64,000 nt of DNA from Lachnospiraceae bacterium (GCA_045617745.1 JAZLJG010000186.1:3445-67444); one strand, 5' to 3'; shown: positions 30,609-40,334, counted from the stretch's first letter. The notes: generated from the letters alone by a model not told the origin. Translations and numbers: made by a program.

Positions 30609-30947
30609 ATGAGCGAAATAAAGTATGAAATGATTACATGCATAGTAAATGCAGGATTTTCAGATATAGTTATGGACGCCGCAAGGGCGGAGGGCGCCGG
30701 CGGCGGAACAGTAATTCACGCCAGAGGCACTGCCAATAAAGAGGCCGAAGAAACCTTCAAAATAACCATCCAGCCCGACAAGGATGTGGTGATGCTTTTA
30801 GTTCCCGCCAAGATAAAGGACAACGTTTTAAAGGCAATTTACGAGAAGGCCGGCCTAAACAGCGAAGGCCAGGGAATAGCGTTTTCAATGCCTGTTTCCA
30901 AGACCGTAGGTATAGGTAAAAAACAGGAAGAATCCGGAAAAGAATAA
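30609..30947 (+). CDS. P-II-like signal protein
   Basis: IVNAG, AGAGGGTVIHARGT, KDVV, GQGIAFSMPV. Confidence 0.85.
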   Translation: MSEIKYEMITCIVNAGFSDIVMDAARAEGAGGGTVIHARGTANKEAEETFKITIQPDKDVVMLLVPAKIKDNVLKAIYEKAGLNSEGQGIAFSMPVSKTVGIGKKQEESGKE

Positions 30948-30953
30948 AAAAAG

Positions 30954-30986
30954 ACCCGTGCTTTGCAAGCTCAAAGCACGGGTTTT
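30954..30986 (+). terminator. Rho-independent terminator
   Basis: ACCCGTGCTTTG/CAAAGCACGGGT 12-bp stem plus T-run. Confidence 0.8.
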
Positions 30987-31080
30987 CTCATCTTTGACAA
31001 ATCTGTCAAATAAATCCGTTTAATACCGTTGTAATGGAATATGTCTATAATACAGGTACGAATCAGTAGAAAGGAGTAGT

Positions 31081-33342
31081 ATGCACCTGACCGTTCTCAA
31101 TGTTATTTTCGTACTTTTTAACATTGTGTGTATTTATTACACTGCAAAAAGTTTCGGACAAAAAACAATATTGGGAAAGAAACTGGCCGTAAGCTTTTTA
31201 ATGACCATTCTGTTAATGTGGGCATATGTCTTGAACTTTTATCTGGAAAGTGAAAGCATTACGGTTTACTTGTGCTGCCTTGAGCATATATTCATCGACT
31301 GGATTTTGTTTTTGGTTACTTTTTTCTTTCTGGAACTTGTGGGAAAGAAATTAAAGGGAAATCTGAAAATTCTCTCAATTGGGATTCTTATCTTTGATTC
31401 CATTATTCTTATTACAACACCAATCAATCGCTTTGCCGGTGATTTCAAAGTAAGACAGGGTGGTAACCATTCCTATACACAGATGGTACCCAAACCTTTA
31501 TTTTACGTGCATGTGGGAGTTTGCTTCCTTATGCTGGTGGCAATGCTTGTCTACATGATCCGTGCTTTGGTGGAATCCTCCAAGTTCTACAGATTAAGGT
31601 ATTTTATCATTATCACTACGGTATTCATAACGTTTGGCCTCTATACAGTATTTTTCCTGGATGAATCGGCTGTAGTGGATTACTCAAGATTTATCTACGG
31701 ATTCGATATTATTATTTTCTATTTCGCAACCTACCAGTTTTCTCCGTACATGCTTATGAAGGATCTTCAGAAGTACGTGGATGAAAATATTTCAGATGCT
31801 ACGATAATTTATGACAATACAGGCCGAATCCTTCAGATGAATGACAAGGCCGGGAAACTTTTTGACCAGTCTGTGGTCGAGAAAAGAGAAGATTTAGTAA
31901 AGGCTCTTTCCATTGCGGATGAAGAGATTAAGGGAATCAGGGTAATCGGGAACAATGTTTTTGAGGTTCTCTACAAGCCTGTTTACGACAAAAAACGCAA
32001 ATACGCAGGAGCTGCCTTTATTTTCCATGACGTTACGGAAAACAGACGTCAGCTGGAACGTGAACACAAGGCTGCAACAATTGATTCGCTTACCGGTATT
32101 TACAATCGTCTGGGCTTTTTCGAAGCTGCTCCGGATTTTATGAGAAATAACGAAGGAAACGGCGGATATGCCGTAATGGTAAGCGGAATACGGGATTTCA
32201 AAGGCATTAACGGTCTTTACGGAACAAAGGTGGGCGATAAGGTCCTTATCGAAATTGCCAACCGCTTTAGGGAATTCAGTAAGCATATTCCCATGGTATA
32301 TGCAAGAACTGCGGAAGGTAAATTCTCCTGTATTCTTCCCTTTGAATATCTTGATGAAGTGGCCAATGAAACCTCGACCATTAAAATTCCCGTAGAGGAA
32401 GGCGTTGACGTGAACGTGGGCCTTTGTCACGGATTTGTGGTAATGCAGGATACGGCAAAATCAGTGGAGACCTATTACGAACTGAGCCTTCTTGCGCTTG
32501 CCAGATGTAAAAAGAAAATGACCTCGCCCATCCTGGAGTATTCCCAGGATATGGCTCTTGAACAGAAACGTAAGCAGCAGCTTGTTTCGGAAATGCATAA
32601 GGCGGTTGAGGAGAGACAGTTCTTCATAGAAATACAGCCCCAGATTGATTTGAATGAAAACAAAGTGTGCGGTGCCGAAGCACTTGCCAGATGGAATCAT
32701 CCCACCCTTGGTATTATTTCCCCCATGGAATTTGTTCCTTTGTTTGAAGACAACGGGCTGATTACAAGAGTAGACCTTTATATCTGGGAAGAGGCTGCAA
32801 AGGCAATAAGAACGTTCATGGACAATAATTCCTATGACGGGCCCGTTTCGGTCAATGTGTCCCAGGTGGATATAACTTGTCTGGATGTTACCGATGAACT
32901 TTTGAAAATACTTAAAAAGTACGATGTTCCCGCAAATAGAATCCATGTTGAAATAACGGAAAGTGCCTGCGTAAACAACAGGGGAATCCTGATAGAGACC
33001 ATGAATAAACTCAGGGGAAACGGGTTTGTGGTGGAGATTGACGACTTCGGAAGCGGTTATTCATCACTAAACGCTTTGATGCACCTTCCTTTTGATGTGG
33101 TGAAGCTGGATATGGAGTTTATGAATTCCACAATACGGGATAAGAAATGCGAAGTAATAGTAAGTGCCATTTCAAAGATGATACATGACCTTAATACCAG
33201 CATTATAGTCGAGGGTGTTGAAACCCTTGAAAATGTGGAAAGCGCCATGTACATAAACGGCGATGCCGCGCAGGGATATCACTATTCAAAACCCTTATCA
33301 GTAAAGGACTTTGAAAAGTTTGTGGCAAGATATCCGTTATAA
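31081..33342 (+). CDS. 7TM-PAS-GGDEF(degenerate)-EAL c-di-GMP phosphodiesterase
   Basis: DSLTGIYNR; GGDEF replaced by AEGKF; AEALARW, EITES, DDFGSGYSS, KLD, EGVE, QGY intact. Confidence 0.9.
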   Translation: MHLTVLNVIFVLFNIVCIYYTAKSFGQKTILGKKLAVSFLMTILLMWAYVLNFYLESESITVYLCCLEHIFIDWILFLVTFFFLELVGKKLKGNLKILSIGILIFDSIILITTPINRFAGDFKVRQGGNHSYTQMVPKPLFYVHVGVCFLMLVAMLVYMIRALVESSKFYRLRYFIIITTVFITFGLYTVFFLDESAVVDYSRFIYGFDIIIFYFATYQFSPYMLMKDLQKYVDENISDATIIYDNTGRILQMNDKAGKLFDQSVVEKREDLVKALSIADEEIKGIRVIGNNVFEVLYKPVYDKKRKYAGAAFIFHDVTENRRQLEREHKAATIDSLTGIYNRLGFFEAAPDFMRNNEGNGGYAVMVSGIRDFKGINGLYGTKVGDKVLIEIANRFREFSKHIPMVYARTAEGKFSCILPFEYLDEVANETSTIKIPVEEGVDVNVGLCHGFVVMQDTAKSVETYYELSLLALARCKKKMTSPILEYSQDMALEQKRKQQLVSEMHKAVEERQFFIEIQPQIDLNENKVCGAEALARWNHPTLGIISPMEFVPLFEDNGLITRVDLYIWEEAAKAIRTFMDNNSYDGPVSVNVSQVDITCLDVTDELLKILKKYDVPANRIHVEITESACVNNRGILIETMNKLRGNGFVVEIDDFGSGYSSLNALMHLPFDVVKLDMEFMNSTIRDKKCEVIVSAISKMIHDLNTSIIVEGVETLENVESAMYINGDAAQGYHYSKPLSVKDFEKFVARYPL

Positions 33343-33350
33343 TGAATTTT

Positions 33351-33380
33351 ATGCCCCGGTCTGTTACCGGGGCATTTTTT
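33351..33380 (+). terminator. Rho-independent terminator
   Basis: ATGCCCCGGT/ACCGGGGCAT stem plus T-run. Confidence 0.8.
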
Positions 33381-33396
33381 GTTTTATAATCAATGT

Positions 33397-35055
33397 ATGA
33401 CTGCTTATCAGAAAACATTGTTAAAAAGAATAATTATGGTAAGTCTTTTTCTGGTTGTTGCGATAGTAATTCCGGATTTGAAGTTCGCAGCATTACCGGG
33501 AAATCCCATAGGCCGGGTTGTGGAGATATCCATTGTGACCGGGCTTATTTCCTATTGGGGAATTTCCGTTGTAAGAAGAGTGGTAAACTCCGGAGTCAGA
33601 CACTGCCTTCTTCACATAGCTATTATCCTTATCATCTTTTTCCTCATAAGAAGCATAAAGTATGAGATGACTTTGCCGGATGCGGCAAACAGGTTTATGT
33701 GGTATCTTTTCTACCTTCCCCAGATTCTTGTTGCCTTCTTTTTCTTTGCAGCCACCGATTTTATTGTTACCAAAGAAAAAAAGCGCCGGGTCAATAACAT
33801 GATTTTGATGTTTATTCCCTCCGCTCTTTTGATTGCGCTGGTTCTTACTAACGAGCTGCATCATTTTGTTTTCGCGGTAAATCCTGTTACAGGCGGAACC
33901 ATATACAGACCGGGTTATTTCTTTGTGGCAGGCTGGATGATGATAGTCTGTGTCCTTTCGATAGTCAGAATTCCCGTGGACAAAAAGACGGAGGATTTCA
34001 AGAAGCGTTATATACTGCCGGGAATCGTGCTCTTTTTGTTTGTCCTTTACTGCCTTTTATACATTTCCCCGATAAGGCGGCTGGTTTCCTTTTTGGACTA
34101 TACCTTTGCATATTGTGTGTTTGTGGTGCTCTTTCTGGAGAGCCTTCTTTTGACGGGACTTATTCATACAAGCCGTGATTATGATTGGTGTTTTAACCAT
34201 TCCATGGTAAACTCCCAGATTCTTGATAAAGATGGAAATGCCATATACCGTTCCGTAAATGCAAGACCCATAGTAGCCGAGGAGTTTTTAAAGCTTACAA
34301 AGGAACGTGTCATAAGCGTAGATCAGAAAACGGAAGTGGTTATGGTACCCATACGAGGCGGATATGTGGCCTGGGAGAGGGATGTATACGACATAAACCG
34401 GCAGATTTCAAAGCTTACGGAAACAAGAGCGTTCATAAAAGAGGCTACTGATTCCCTTCGTGAAAATATAGAGATTGAGAAGCGCCAGAAAACGGCCTTG
34501 GAAAGAAACCGTCTTTACGATATTACCTTTTCGAAGGTTTCCGACAGTGTTTCAAAGCTTGAGGAACTGGTTTCCTATGCAAGGCGTACCGATGGGGAAA
34601 AGCTTTATAAAACCCTTCTTAAAATTGATGTTCTCGGTGTTTATGTAAAAAGAAAAAGCAACCTGATTATTCTTCATGAAACCGGGCTTTCCGACTTTTA
34701 CGGGGAACTGAAGCTTTGCTTTAAGGAGTCTTTTGACAACCTTAAGGATGGGGGAATAAACGGGGATTTCCTTTTCAGGGGAGAATTTCCGATAGGTCAT
34801 AAAACGGCCCTTTCGATATATGAGACGTTTGAAACGTTTCTTGAAAGCATGGTGGAAGACCTGCTTGAGGTTAATGTAATAGTTTCTCCTATGTCAAACT
34901 GTGTAAACATGGTTTCATCATTTGTGTGCAAAAAGGCTTATGATGAAGAGGCCCTTCGCAAACTGAAGCTTCCTGAAGGCGTATTTGCAGAATGGGAAAT
35001 CGACGGAGAAGAGGTTACCGTTTCCGTGGTTATCTCAAAAGGAGGTGCGTTATGA
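33397..35055 (+). CDS. Multi-TM sensor-like protein with degenerate kinase-like C-terminus
   Basis: About 8 TMs including LVLTNELHHFVF, PAS-like segment, coiled coil; no H-box or G-boxes seen; stop overlaps next ATG. Confidence 0.6.
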   Translation: MTAYQKTLLKRIIMVSLFLVVAIVIPDLKFAALPGNPIGRVVEISIVTGLISYWGISVVRRVVNSGVRHCLLHIAIILIIFFLIRSIKYEMTLPDAANRFMWYLFYLPQILVAFFFFAATDFIVTKEKKRRVNNMILMFIPSALLIALVLTNELHHFVFAVNPVTGGTIYRPGYFFVAGWMMIVCVLSIVRIPVDKKTEDFKKRYILPGIVLFLFVLYCLLYISPIRRLVSFLDYTFAYCVFVVLFLESLLLTGLIHTSRDYDWCFNHSMVNSQILDKDGNAIYRSVNARPIVAEEFLKLTKERVISVDQKTEVVMVPIRGGYVAWERDVYDINRQISKLTETRAFIKEATDSLRENIEIEKRQKTALERNRLYDITFSKVSDSVSKLEELVSYARRTDGEKLYKTLLKIDVLGVYVKRKSNLIILHETGLSDFYGELKLCFKESFDNLKDGGINGDFLFRGEFPIGHKTALSIYETFETFLESMVEDLLEVNVIVSPMSNCVNMVSSFVCKKAYDEEALRKLKLPEGVFAEWEIDGEEVTVSVVISKGGAL

Positions 35056-36329
35056 AGTATGAAATAGTAACAGCACTTTCCTATGGAGCACTCATTTTCG
35101 GGTATGCGGTTCTGGCCATAAAATGGTTAAGGGGAAGAAAGTTCTTTTCTTTGATTCTTCCTTTGGTGTACCTGCTGTTCTGGATTTTTACGGGAGTTCA
35201 TTTAAAATCAATGTCCGAAGGATATTTGGAAAACGGACTTACCGAATTCGCCGGGAAAATACCGTTGGGAGTCTATATAGCTTTGTTTGTGGCCGGAGTG
35301 GCTCTTTGCTGCTTTGAAATATCCAGAGAGCACTATATCCGTAAGAATACCATAACGGCCGGCTCCGTAAGAGAAGCGGTAAACAGCATGGAATGCGGTC
35401 TTTTATATTCGGACTATTCGGGAAGAGTGGTTCTTATGAACCGTAAGATGAGCGAGCTTTCCGATATTTTTACCGTAAGTAAACCCATAAATGCGCTGGA
35501 ACTCTGGCAAAGCATTATTTCTTTTGAAAAGAATCAGGAGGCAAGGAGAATTGATTTTACTTCCTGGCCCGCATTTGTATTAAAGGGCGGAAGTGTCTGG
35601 AGCTTTCAGCGTTCCTTACTGACCGATGCCGACCGCAGGTACGTGGAAATAATCGCAAGGGATGTAACGGATTTATATAAAAAGAGAATGGATACCCAGA
35701 CCGAAATCGAGAATCTTTCTTTGGTCCATAAAAAGCTTGGGGATGTTCTTGAAAATATTTCGGAAACCGGTAATGAAGAAGAGCTTCTTGCTTATAAGGT
35801 ACGTATTCACGACGAACTTGGAAATGCCATACTTCGCACAAGACAGGTATTAAGAGGCGGAAAGACTACGGAAAACTCATCCGCCAACATTCTGGATGTC
35901 TGGAGCAATACCATAAAAGCCTTTAAAAACAATACTCTTGAGGCAGAGAAAAACATGGCAGGTAACCTGGACAGCCTGTATACCCAGGCAAAGACCCTTG
36001 GTATAGACCTTCTCATGTTCGGAAACTTCCCGGAGGACAATTATGTGGCCGTAAGGGCAGTAAGGGAAGCAATGTATAACTCCATACGACATGCCTACGC
36101 CAATACACTTACGGTGGAAACAACACACACCAAAGAAGGCTGCTATATACGCATATACGACGATGGAAATGTTAAAGGTGACTCAATAACCGAGGGCGGC
36201 GGACTAAAGGCCTTAAGAAGGGCCGTAGAGTCTGAGGGCGGCTCCATGGTGGTGAAAGTTAACCGGGGAGTGGAGCTTAATCTGTATTTTAGGGAGGACA
36301 GGGTCGATGACCAGAGTATTGATAGTTGA
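35052..36329 (+). CDS. Sensor histidine kinase (HisKA_3/NarX class)
   Basis: RIHDELGN H-box, REAMYNSIRHA N-box, DDG, EGGGL; ATG 35052 after GGAGG. Confidence 0.85.
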   Translation: MKYEIVTALSYGALIFGYAVLAIKWLRGRKFFSLILPLVYLLFWIFTGVHLKSMSEGYLENGLTEFAGKIPLGVYIALFVAGVALCCFEISREHYIRKNTITAGSVREAVNSMECGLLYSDYSGRVVLMNRKMSELSDIFTVSKPINALELWQSIISFEKNQEARRIDFTSWPAFVLKGGSVWSFQRSLLTDADRRYVEIIARDVTDLYKKRMDTQTEIENLSLVHKKLGDVLENISETGNEEELLAYKVRIHDELGNAILRTRQVLRGGKTTENSSANILDVWSNTIKAFKNNTLEAEKNMAGNLDSLYTQAKTLGIDLLMFGNFPEDNYVAVRAVREAMYNSIRHAYANTLTVETTHTKEGCYIRIYDDGNVKGDSITEGGGLKALRRAVESEGGSMVVKVNRGVELNLYFREDRVDDQSIDS

Positions 36330-36930
36330 TGATGCTGTAACGGTAAGAACGTTATTTGAAAACATAATAGAGGAAAGCGAAGAGTATGAGCTTGCGGGCT
36401 CTCTTGAGAACGCAAAGGCAGCGTTGCCTTTCTGCATGAGAAGTCCGGTTGACCTTATACTTATGGATGTGTACACAAAGGACAGGGAAAACGGTCTGGA
36501 GGCTTCTTTGAATATAAAGAAGCAGTTCCCGAAGATTAAGATTATTGTGGCCACCAGTCTTCCGGAGGAGTCATTTCTTGAAAAGGCCAGAGAGGCCGGA
36601 TGTGAATCCTTTTGGTACAAGGAGATGGGAGAAATAGGCCTTCTTGATATTATGGACCGTACCATGGCGGGAGAATCCGTTTACCCTGACAAAACCCCGT
36701 CCGTAAATGTGGGGCTTGCAAAAAGTGTGGAGTTTACACCTATGGAAATGAAGGTACTTAGGGAACTTTGCAACGGAAAACTTAACAAAGAAATTGCCGA
36801 AGAATTGTTTATGAGCGAAAATACCGTGAAATTTCACATTAACAATATGCTTCAGAAGGCAGGCTACTCTAACCGCTATCAGTTAGCGATAGATGCTGTT
36901 GAACAGAAGCTTATTGTACCGGGATTTTAA
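36307..36930 (+). CDS. NarL/LuxR-family response regulator
   Basis: VDD, LMDV, FTPME..VL...G..NKEIAEELFMSENTVKFHI HTH. Confidence 0.92.
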   Translation: MTRVLIVDDAVTVRTLFENIIEESEEYELAGSLENAKAALPFCMRSPVDLILMDVYTKDRENGLEASLNIKKQFPKIKIIVATSLPEESFLEKAREAGCESFWYKEMGEIGLLDIMDRTMAGESVYPDKTPSVNVGLAKSVEFTPMEMKVLRELCNGKLNKEIAEELFMSENTVKFHINNMLQKAGYSNRYQLAIDAVEQKLIVPGF

Positions 36931-36932
36931 AT

Positions 36933-36977
36933 ACTACCCGTTTGGGTAGTTAATATTTCCCACACTTTTGGTAAACT
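36933..36977 (+). promoter_or_regulatory. Palindromic operator plus extended -10 promoter of SPFH operon
   Basis: ACTACCC-GTTT-GGGTAGT at 36933-36950; TG-G-TAAACT at 36969-36977. Confidence 0.55.
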
Positions 36978-37039
36978 GTTTTTTGTGTGAAAGTTATATT
37001 TACAAAATAAATTTTTTCTTTTGAAAGGAGAAATAAAAT

Positions 37040-38254
37040 ATGGGATTAATTAGTGCAGCTTTACAGGCAGGCGGCGGTGTTCTTAAGGATCAGTGGAAAG
37101 AGTTTTTCTACTGTGAAGCAATGCCCGCAGATGTTCTTGTAACAAAAGGAATTAAGCAGACAAAAGGAAATAACAGAGGAAACGACAACATCATTTCAAA
37201 CGGTTCCGGTATCGCAGTAGCAGACGGACAGTGTATGATTATCGTTGATCAGGGTAAAATCGTAGAAGTTTGTGCAGAGCCCGGTGAATTTACATACGAC
37301 TCTTCAACTGAGCCTTCAATCTTCTCAGGAAAGCTTGGTGACAGCATTCTTGAATCCTTCAAGACGTTTGGTAAGCGTTTCGCTATGGGCGGAGATACAG
37401 GTAAGGATCAGAGAGTTTACTACTTCAACACAAAGGAACTTCTTGACAACAAGTTTGGTACACCCAATCCTGTTCCCTTCCGTGTAGTTGACAGCAAGAT
37501 CGGCCTTGACATTGATGTATCTTTAAGATGCTCAGGTGTTTATTCTTACAAGATTACCGATCCCCTTCTTTTCTACACAAACGTTTGCGGTAACGTAGAA
37601 AGAGAATACAGAAGAAGCGAGCTTGATAACACTCTTAAGACAGAGTTCATTTCAGCTTTACAGCCCGCTCTTGCAAAGCTTTCCGATATGGAATTAAGAC
37701 CTAACCAGATTATCGCTCACAACACAGAACTTTCAAATGCTATGCAGGCAGAACTTACTGCTAAGTGGAGCGAGTTAAGAGGTCTTTCAATTGTTAACGT
37801 AGCTCTTGGTTCAGTTACTCTTCCCGACGAAGATGCTGAATTAATCAAGACAGCTCAGAGAAATGCCATCAACCTGAACCCCAACATGGCAGCAGCTACA
37901 CTTGTTTCTGCACAGGCAGACGCTATGAAGGCAGCAGCAGGCAATGCAAACGGCGCTATGTCAGGTTTCGTAGGTATGAATATGGCTAACCAGGCAGGTG
38001 GCATGAACGCTCAGCAGCTTTTCGCCATGGGTCAGAACCAGCAGCCTCAGGCAGCAGCTCCCGTACAGGGTTGGACCTGCTCTTGCGGTTCAGTTAATCA
38101 GGGTATGTTCTGCCCTTCATGTGGCGCTAAGAAGCCTGCAGGCGCACCTTTATATAAGTGCGACAAGTGCGGATGGACTCCCGAGGATCCTTCAAATCCT
38201 CCTAAGTTCTGCCCTCAGTGCGGTGACCCCTTTACAGATGCTGACAAGCAGTAA
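37040..38254 (+). CDS. SPFH-domain protein with C-terminal zinc ribbons (YdjI-like)
   Basis: NGS.I.V..GQ, EPGEF, RVYYFN.KE, KFGT.NP; A/Q/M-rich linker; WTCSCG..N...FCPSCG, CDKCG, FCPQCG. Confidence 0.85.
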   Translation: MGLISAALQAGGGVLKDQWKEFFYCEAMPADVLVTKGIKQTKGNNRGNDNIISNGSGIAVADGQCMIIVDQGKIVEVCAEPGEFTYDSSTEPSIFSGKLGDSILESFKTFGKRFAMGGDTGKDQRVYYFNTKELLDNKFGTPNPVPFRVVDSKIGLDIDVSLRCSGVYSYKITDPLLFYTNVCGNVEREYRRSELDNTLKTEFISALQPALAKLSDMELRPNQIIAHNTELSNAMQAELTAKWSELRGLSIVNVALGSVTLPDEDAELIKTAQRNAINLNPNMAAATLVSAQADAMKAAAGNANGAMSGFVGMNMANQAGGMNAQQLFAMGQNQQPQAAAPVQGWTCSCGSVNQGMFCPSCGAKKPAGAPLYKCDKCGWTPEDPSNPPKFCPQCGDPFTDADKQ

Positions 38255-38268
38255 TTAAAAGATTTTTG

Positions 38269-38297
38269 TCGGGGTGGGTTTGCCCACCCCGATTTTT
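38269..38297 (+). terminator. Intra-operon terminator/stem-loop
   Basis: TCGGGGTGGG/CCCACCCCGA plus T5. Confidence 0.65.
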
Positions 38298-38310
38298 ACT
38301 ATGAGGAGAG

Positions 38311-39405
38311 ATGGAAATGGCAGATATTCAGGAATACAAGTGCCCATGTTGCGGTGGCGCTATTGAATTTAATACTACACTCCAGAAAATGAAATGCCCT
38401 TTCTGCGAGACAGAATTCGAAATGGAGGCCCTTCAGTCTTACGATGAAGGACTTAAGAGCGAAGGAACAGATAGCTATAACTGGCAGACTACAGCCGGCC
38501 AGGAATGGGAAAACGGTGAAGCAGACGGAATGCGTTCTTTTTCCTGTAAATCCTGTGGCGGTGAAATCATTGCCGATGCTACAACAGCTGCTTCAGCATG
38601 TCCTTACTGCGGAAATCCCATTGTTATGACGGGACAGTTATCAGGTGTTTTGAAGCCTGACTTTGTAATTCCATTCAAGCTTGACAAGAAGGCTGCAGAA
38701 GAGAAGTTTGCAAAGCATTTAAAAGGGAAAAAACTTCTTCCCAGGGCTTTCACGGAAGGTCATCATATAGAGGAAATCAAAGGTATTTACGTACCTTTCT
38801 GGCTTTTTGATACAGACGTGGATGCCCACATCCGTTATAAAGCAACAAAGGTTTCCACATGGGAAGATTCCAAGTTTAAATATAAGAGAACAGATTTCTT
38901 CTCTGTTTTAAGAGCAGGAAAGATTTCTTTTGAAAAGGTTCCCATTGACGGTTCATCCAAGATGGATGATACCCTTATGGAATCTGTTGAGCCCTTTAAG
39001 TTTAAGGATGCGGTTGCATTCCAGCCGGGTTATCTTGCAGGATATGTGGCTGATAAGTATGACGTAGATGCCCAGACATCCGTTTCCAGGGCTAATGAAC
39101 GTGTTAAGAACTCCACCGAAAGAGCATTCAATGAAACCGTTAACGGCTATGATAGTGTTGAAACCGAAAACACTACCATCAAGCTTTCAAATGCGGAAGC
39201 TAAGTATGCTTTATATCCTGTGTGGATTTTGAATACTACCTGGAACGGCCAGAAATTTGTATTTGCCATGAACGGCCAGACAGGAAAGTTTGTAGGAAAC
39301 CTTCCCTGCGACAAGAGGCTTCTTTGGGGTCACTTCTTTAAAGCATGGGGAATCGTATCCGCAGCAACTTTTGTTATTGGTTTAGTATTGCAACTTATAA
39401 AGTAG
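38311..39405 (+). CDS. Zinc-ribbon membrane-anchored protein (YdjG-like)
   Basis: CPCCG, CPFC, CKSCG, CPYCG; IPF, YVPFW, YPVW, MNGQTGK..G.LP; C-terminal TM. Confidence 0.8.
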   Translation: MEMADIQEYKCPCCGGAIEFNTTLQKMKCPFCETEFEMEALQSYDEGLKSEGTDSYNWQTTAGQEWENGEADGMRSFSCKSCGGEIIADATTAASACPYCGNPIVMTGQLSGVLKPDFVIPFKLDKKAAEEKFAKHLKGKKLLPRAFTEGHHIEEIKGIYVPFWLFDTDVDAHIRYKATKVSTWEDSKFKYKRTDFFSVLRAGKISFEKVPIDGSSKMDDTLMESVEPFKFKDAVAFQPGYLAGYVADKYDVDAQTSVSRANERVKNSTERAFNETVNGYDSVETENTTIKLSNAEAKYALYPVWILNTTWNGQKFVFAMNGQTGKFVGNLPCDKRLLWGHFFKAWGIVSAATFVIGLVLQLIK

Positions 39406-39415
39406 GAGGTAAGAT

Positions 39416-39706
39416 ATGAACACATTTTTAAACGTATTGGTGCTTACCGCTACTGAAGCAGCAAGCAAATCAATTAACTGGAAAACACTTATTATTGTGG
39501 CAGTGATAATCGGCTTTATAGTGGCAGGAATTCGTGCACTTATTTTAAAAGGCCAGTTAACTTCTGTTTTCAAGAATGATTCCGCAGGAGATTACACAAA
39601 GCCCAACAGCTTTAAGGTAGAGGTATCAAGGGAATTCTTCCTTTACTCCAAGACCGAGAAGGAAGAGAAACAGGAAGCACAGCCAAAAGCTGAAGCACAG
39701 CAGTAA
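39416..39706 (+). CDS. Small single-TM protein resembling the C-terminal tail of TPM-domain (YdjH-like) proteins
   Basis: AGGAGG RBS; one TM then QLTSV...A.DY...S......FFLY. Confidence 0.6.
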   Translation: MNTFLNVLVLTATEAASKSINWKTLIIVAVIIGFIVAGIRALILKGQLTSVFKNDSAGDYTKPNSFKVEVSREFFLYSKTEKEEKQEAQPKAEAQQ

Positions 39707-39724
39707 AGTGTGAATTATATTGTG

Positions 39725-39756
39725 CCCGGGAAACTATGTTTCCCGGGTGTTTTTTT
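39725..39756 (+). terminator. Rho-independent terminator
   Basis: CCCGGGAAAC/GTTTCCCGGG plus T-run. Confidence 0.8.
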
Positions 39757-39812
39757 GATATAATAGTATTAATATGAATAGGAAAAATTAAGATAATGAG
39801 AGGAGATTTGGT

Positions 39813-40334
39813 ATGAACGAGGTATTGGTAGTAGTAGACATGCAGAACGATTTTATTGACGGTGCTTTAGGGACAAAGGAGGCAGTGGCAATTGTTCCGA
39901 ATGTGAAAAAGAAGATTGAGGAGTTTGAGGGAACTGTTCTTTTTACAAGAGATACCCATTTTGACAACTATATGGAGACCCAGGAGGGAAAGAACCTTCC
40001 GGTGCCCCATTGCATAAAGGGAAGCAAAGGCTGGGAAATCAGGGAGGAGCTGGAAGCCTTGAGAAAGACGGAAGCCATCGATAAGGTTACCTTCGGTTCG
40101 GCTGAACTTGGCCCTGTACTTTCCAAAATGAACGAAGAGAAGCCTGTTACAGGTATTACTTTTATAGGCCTTTGTACGGATATATGCGTTATTTCTAACG
40201 TAATGATTGCCAAGGCATTTCTTCCCGAGGTGCCTATTACGGTAGTTGCGAACTGCTGTGCAGGTGTTTCGGTGGAGACTCATGAAAATGCCTTAAAGGC
40301 CATGGAAGTCTGCCAGATAAAGGTTGAGAGGTAG
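39813..40334 (+). CDS. Isochorismatase-family cysteine hydrolase (nicotinamidase-like)
   Basis: VVDMQNDF, TRDTH, PHC, K.TFG, GLCTDICV. Confidence 0.88.
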   Translation: MNEVLVVVDMQNDFIDGALGTKEAVAIVPNVKKKIEEFEGTVLFTRDTHFDNYMETQEGKNLPVPHCIKGSKGWEIREELEALRKTEAIDKVTFGSAELGPVLSKMNEEKPVTGITFIGLCTDICVISNVMIAKAFLPEVPITVVANCCAGVSVETHENALKAMEVCQIKVER

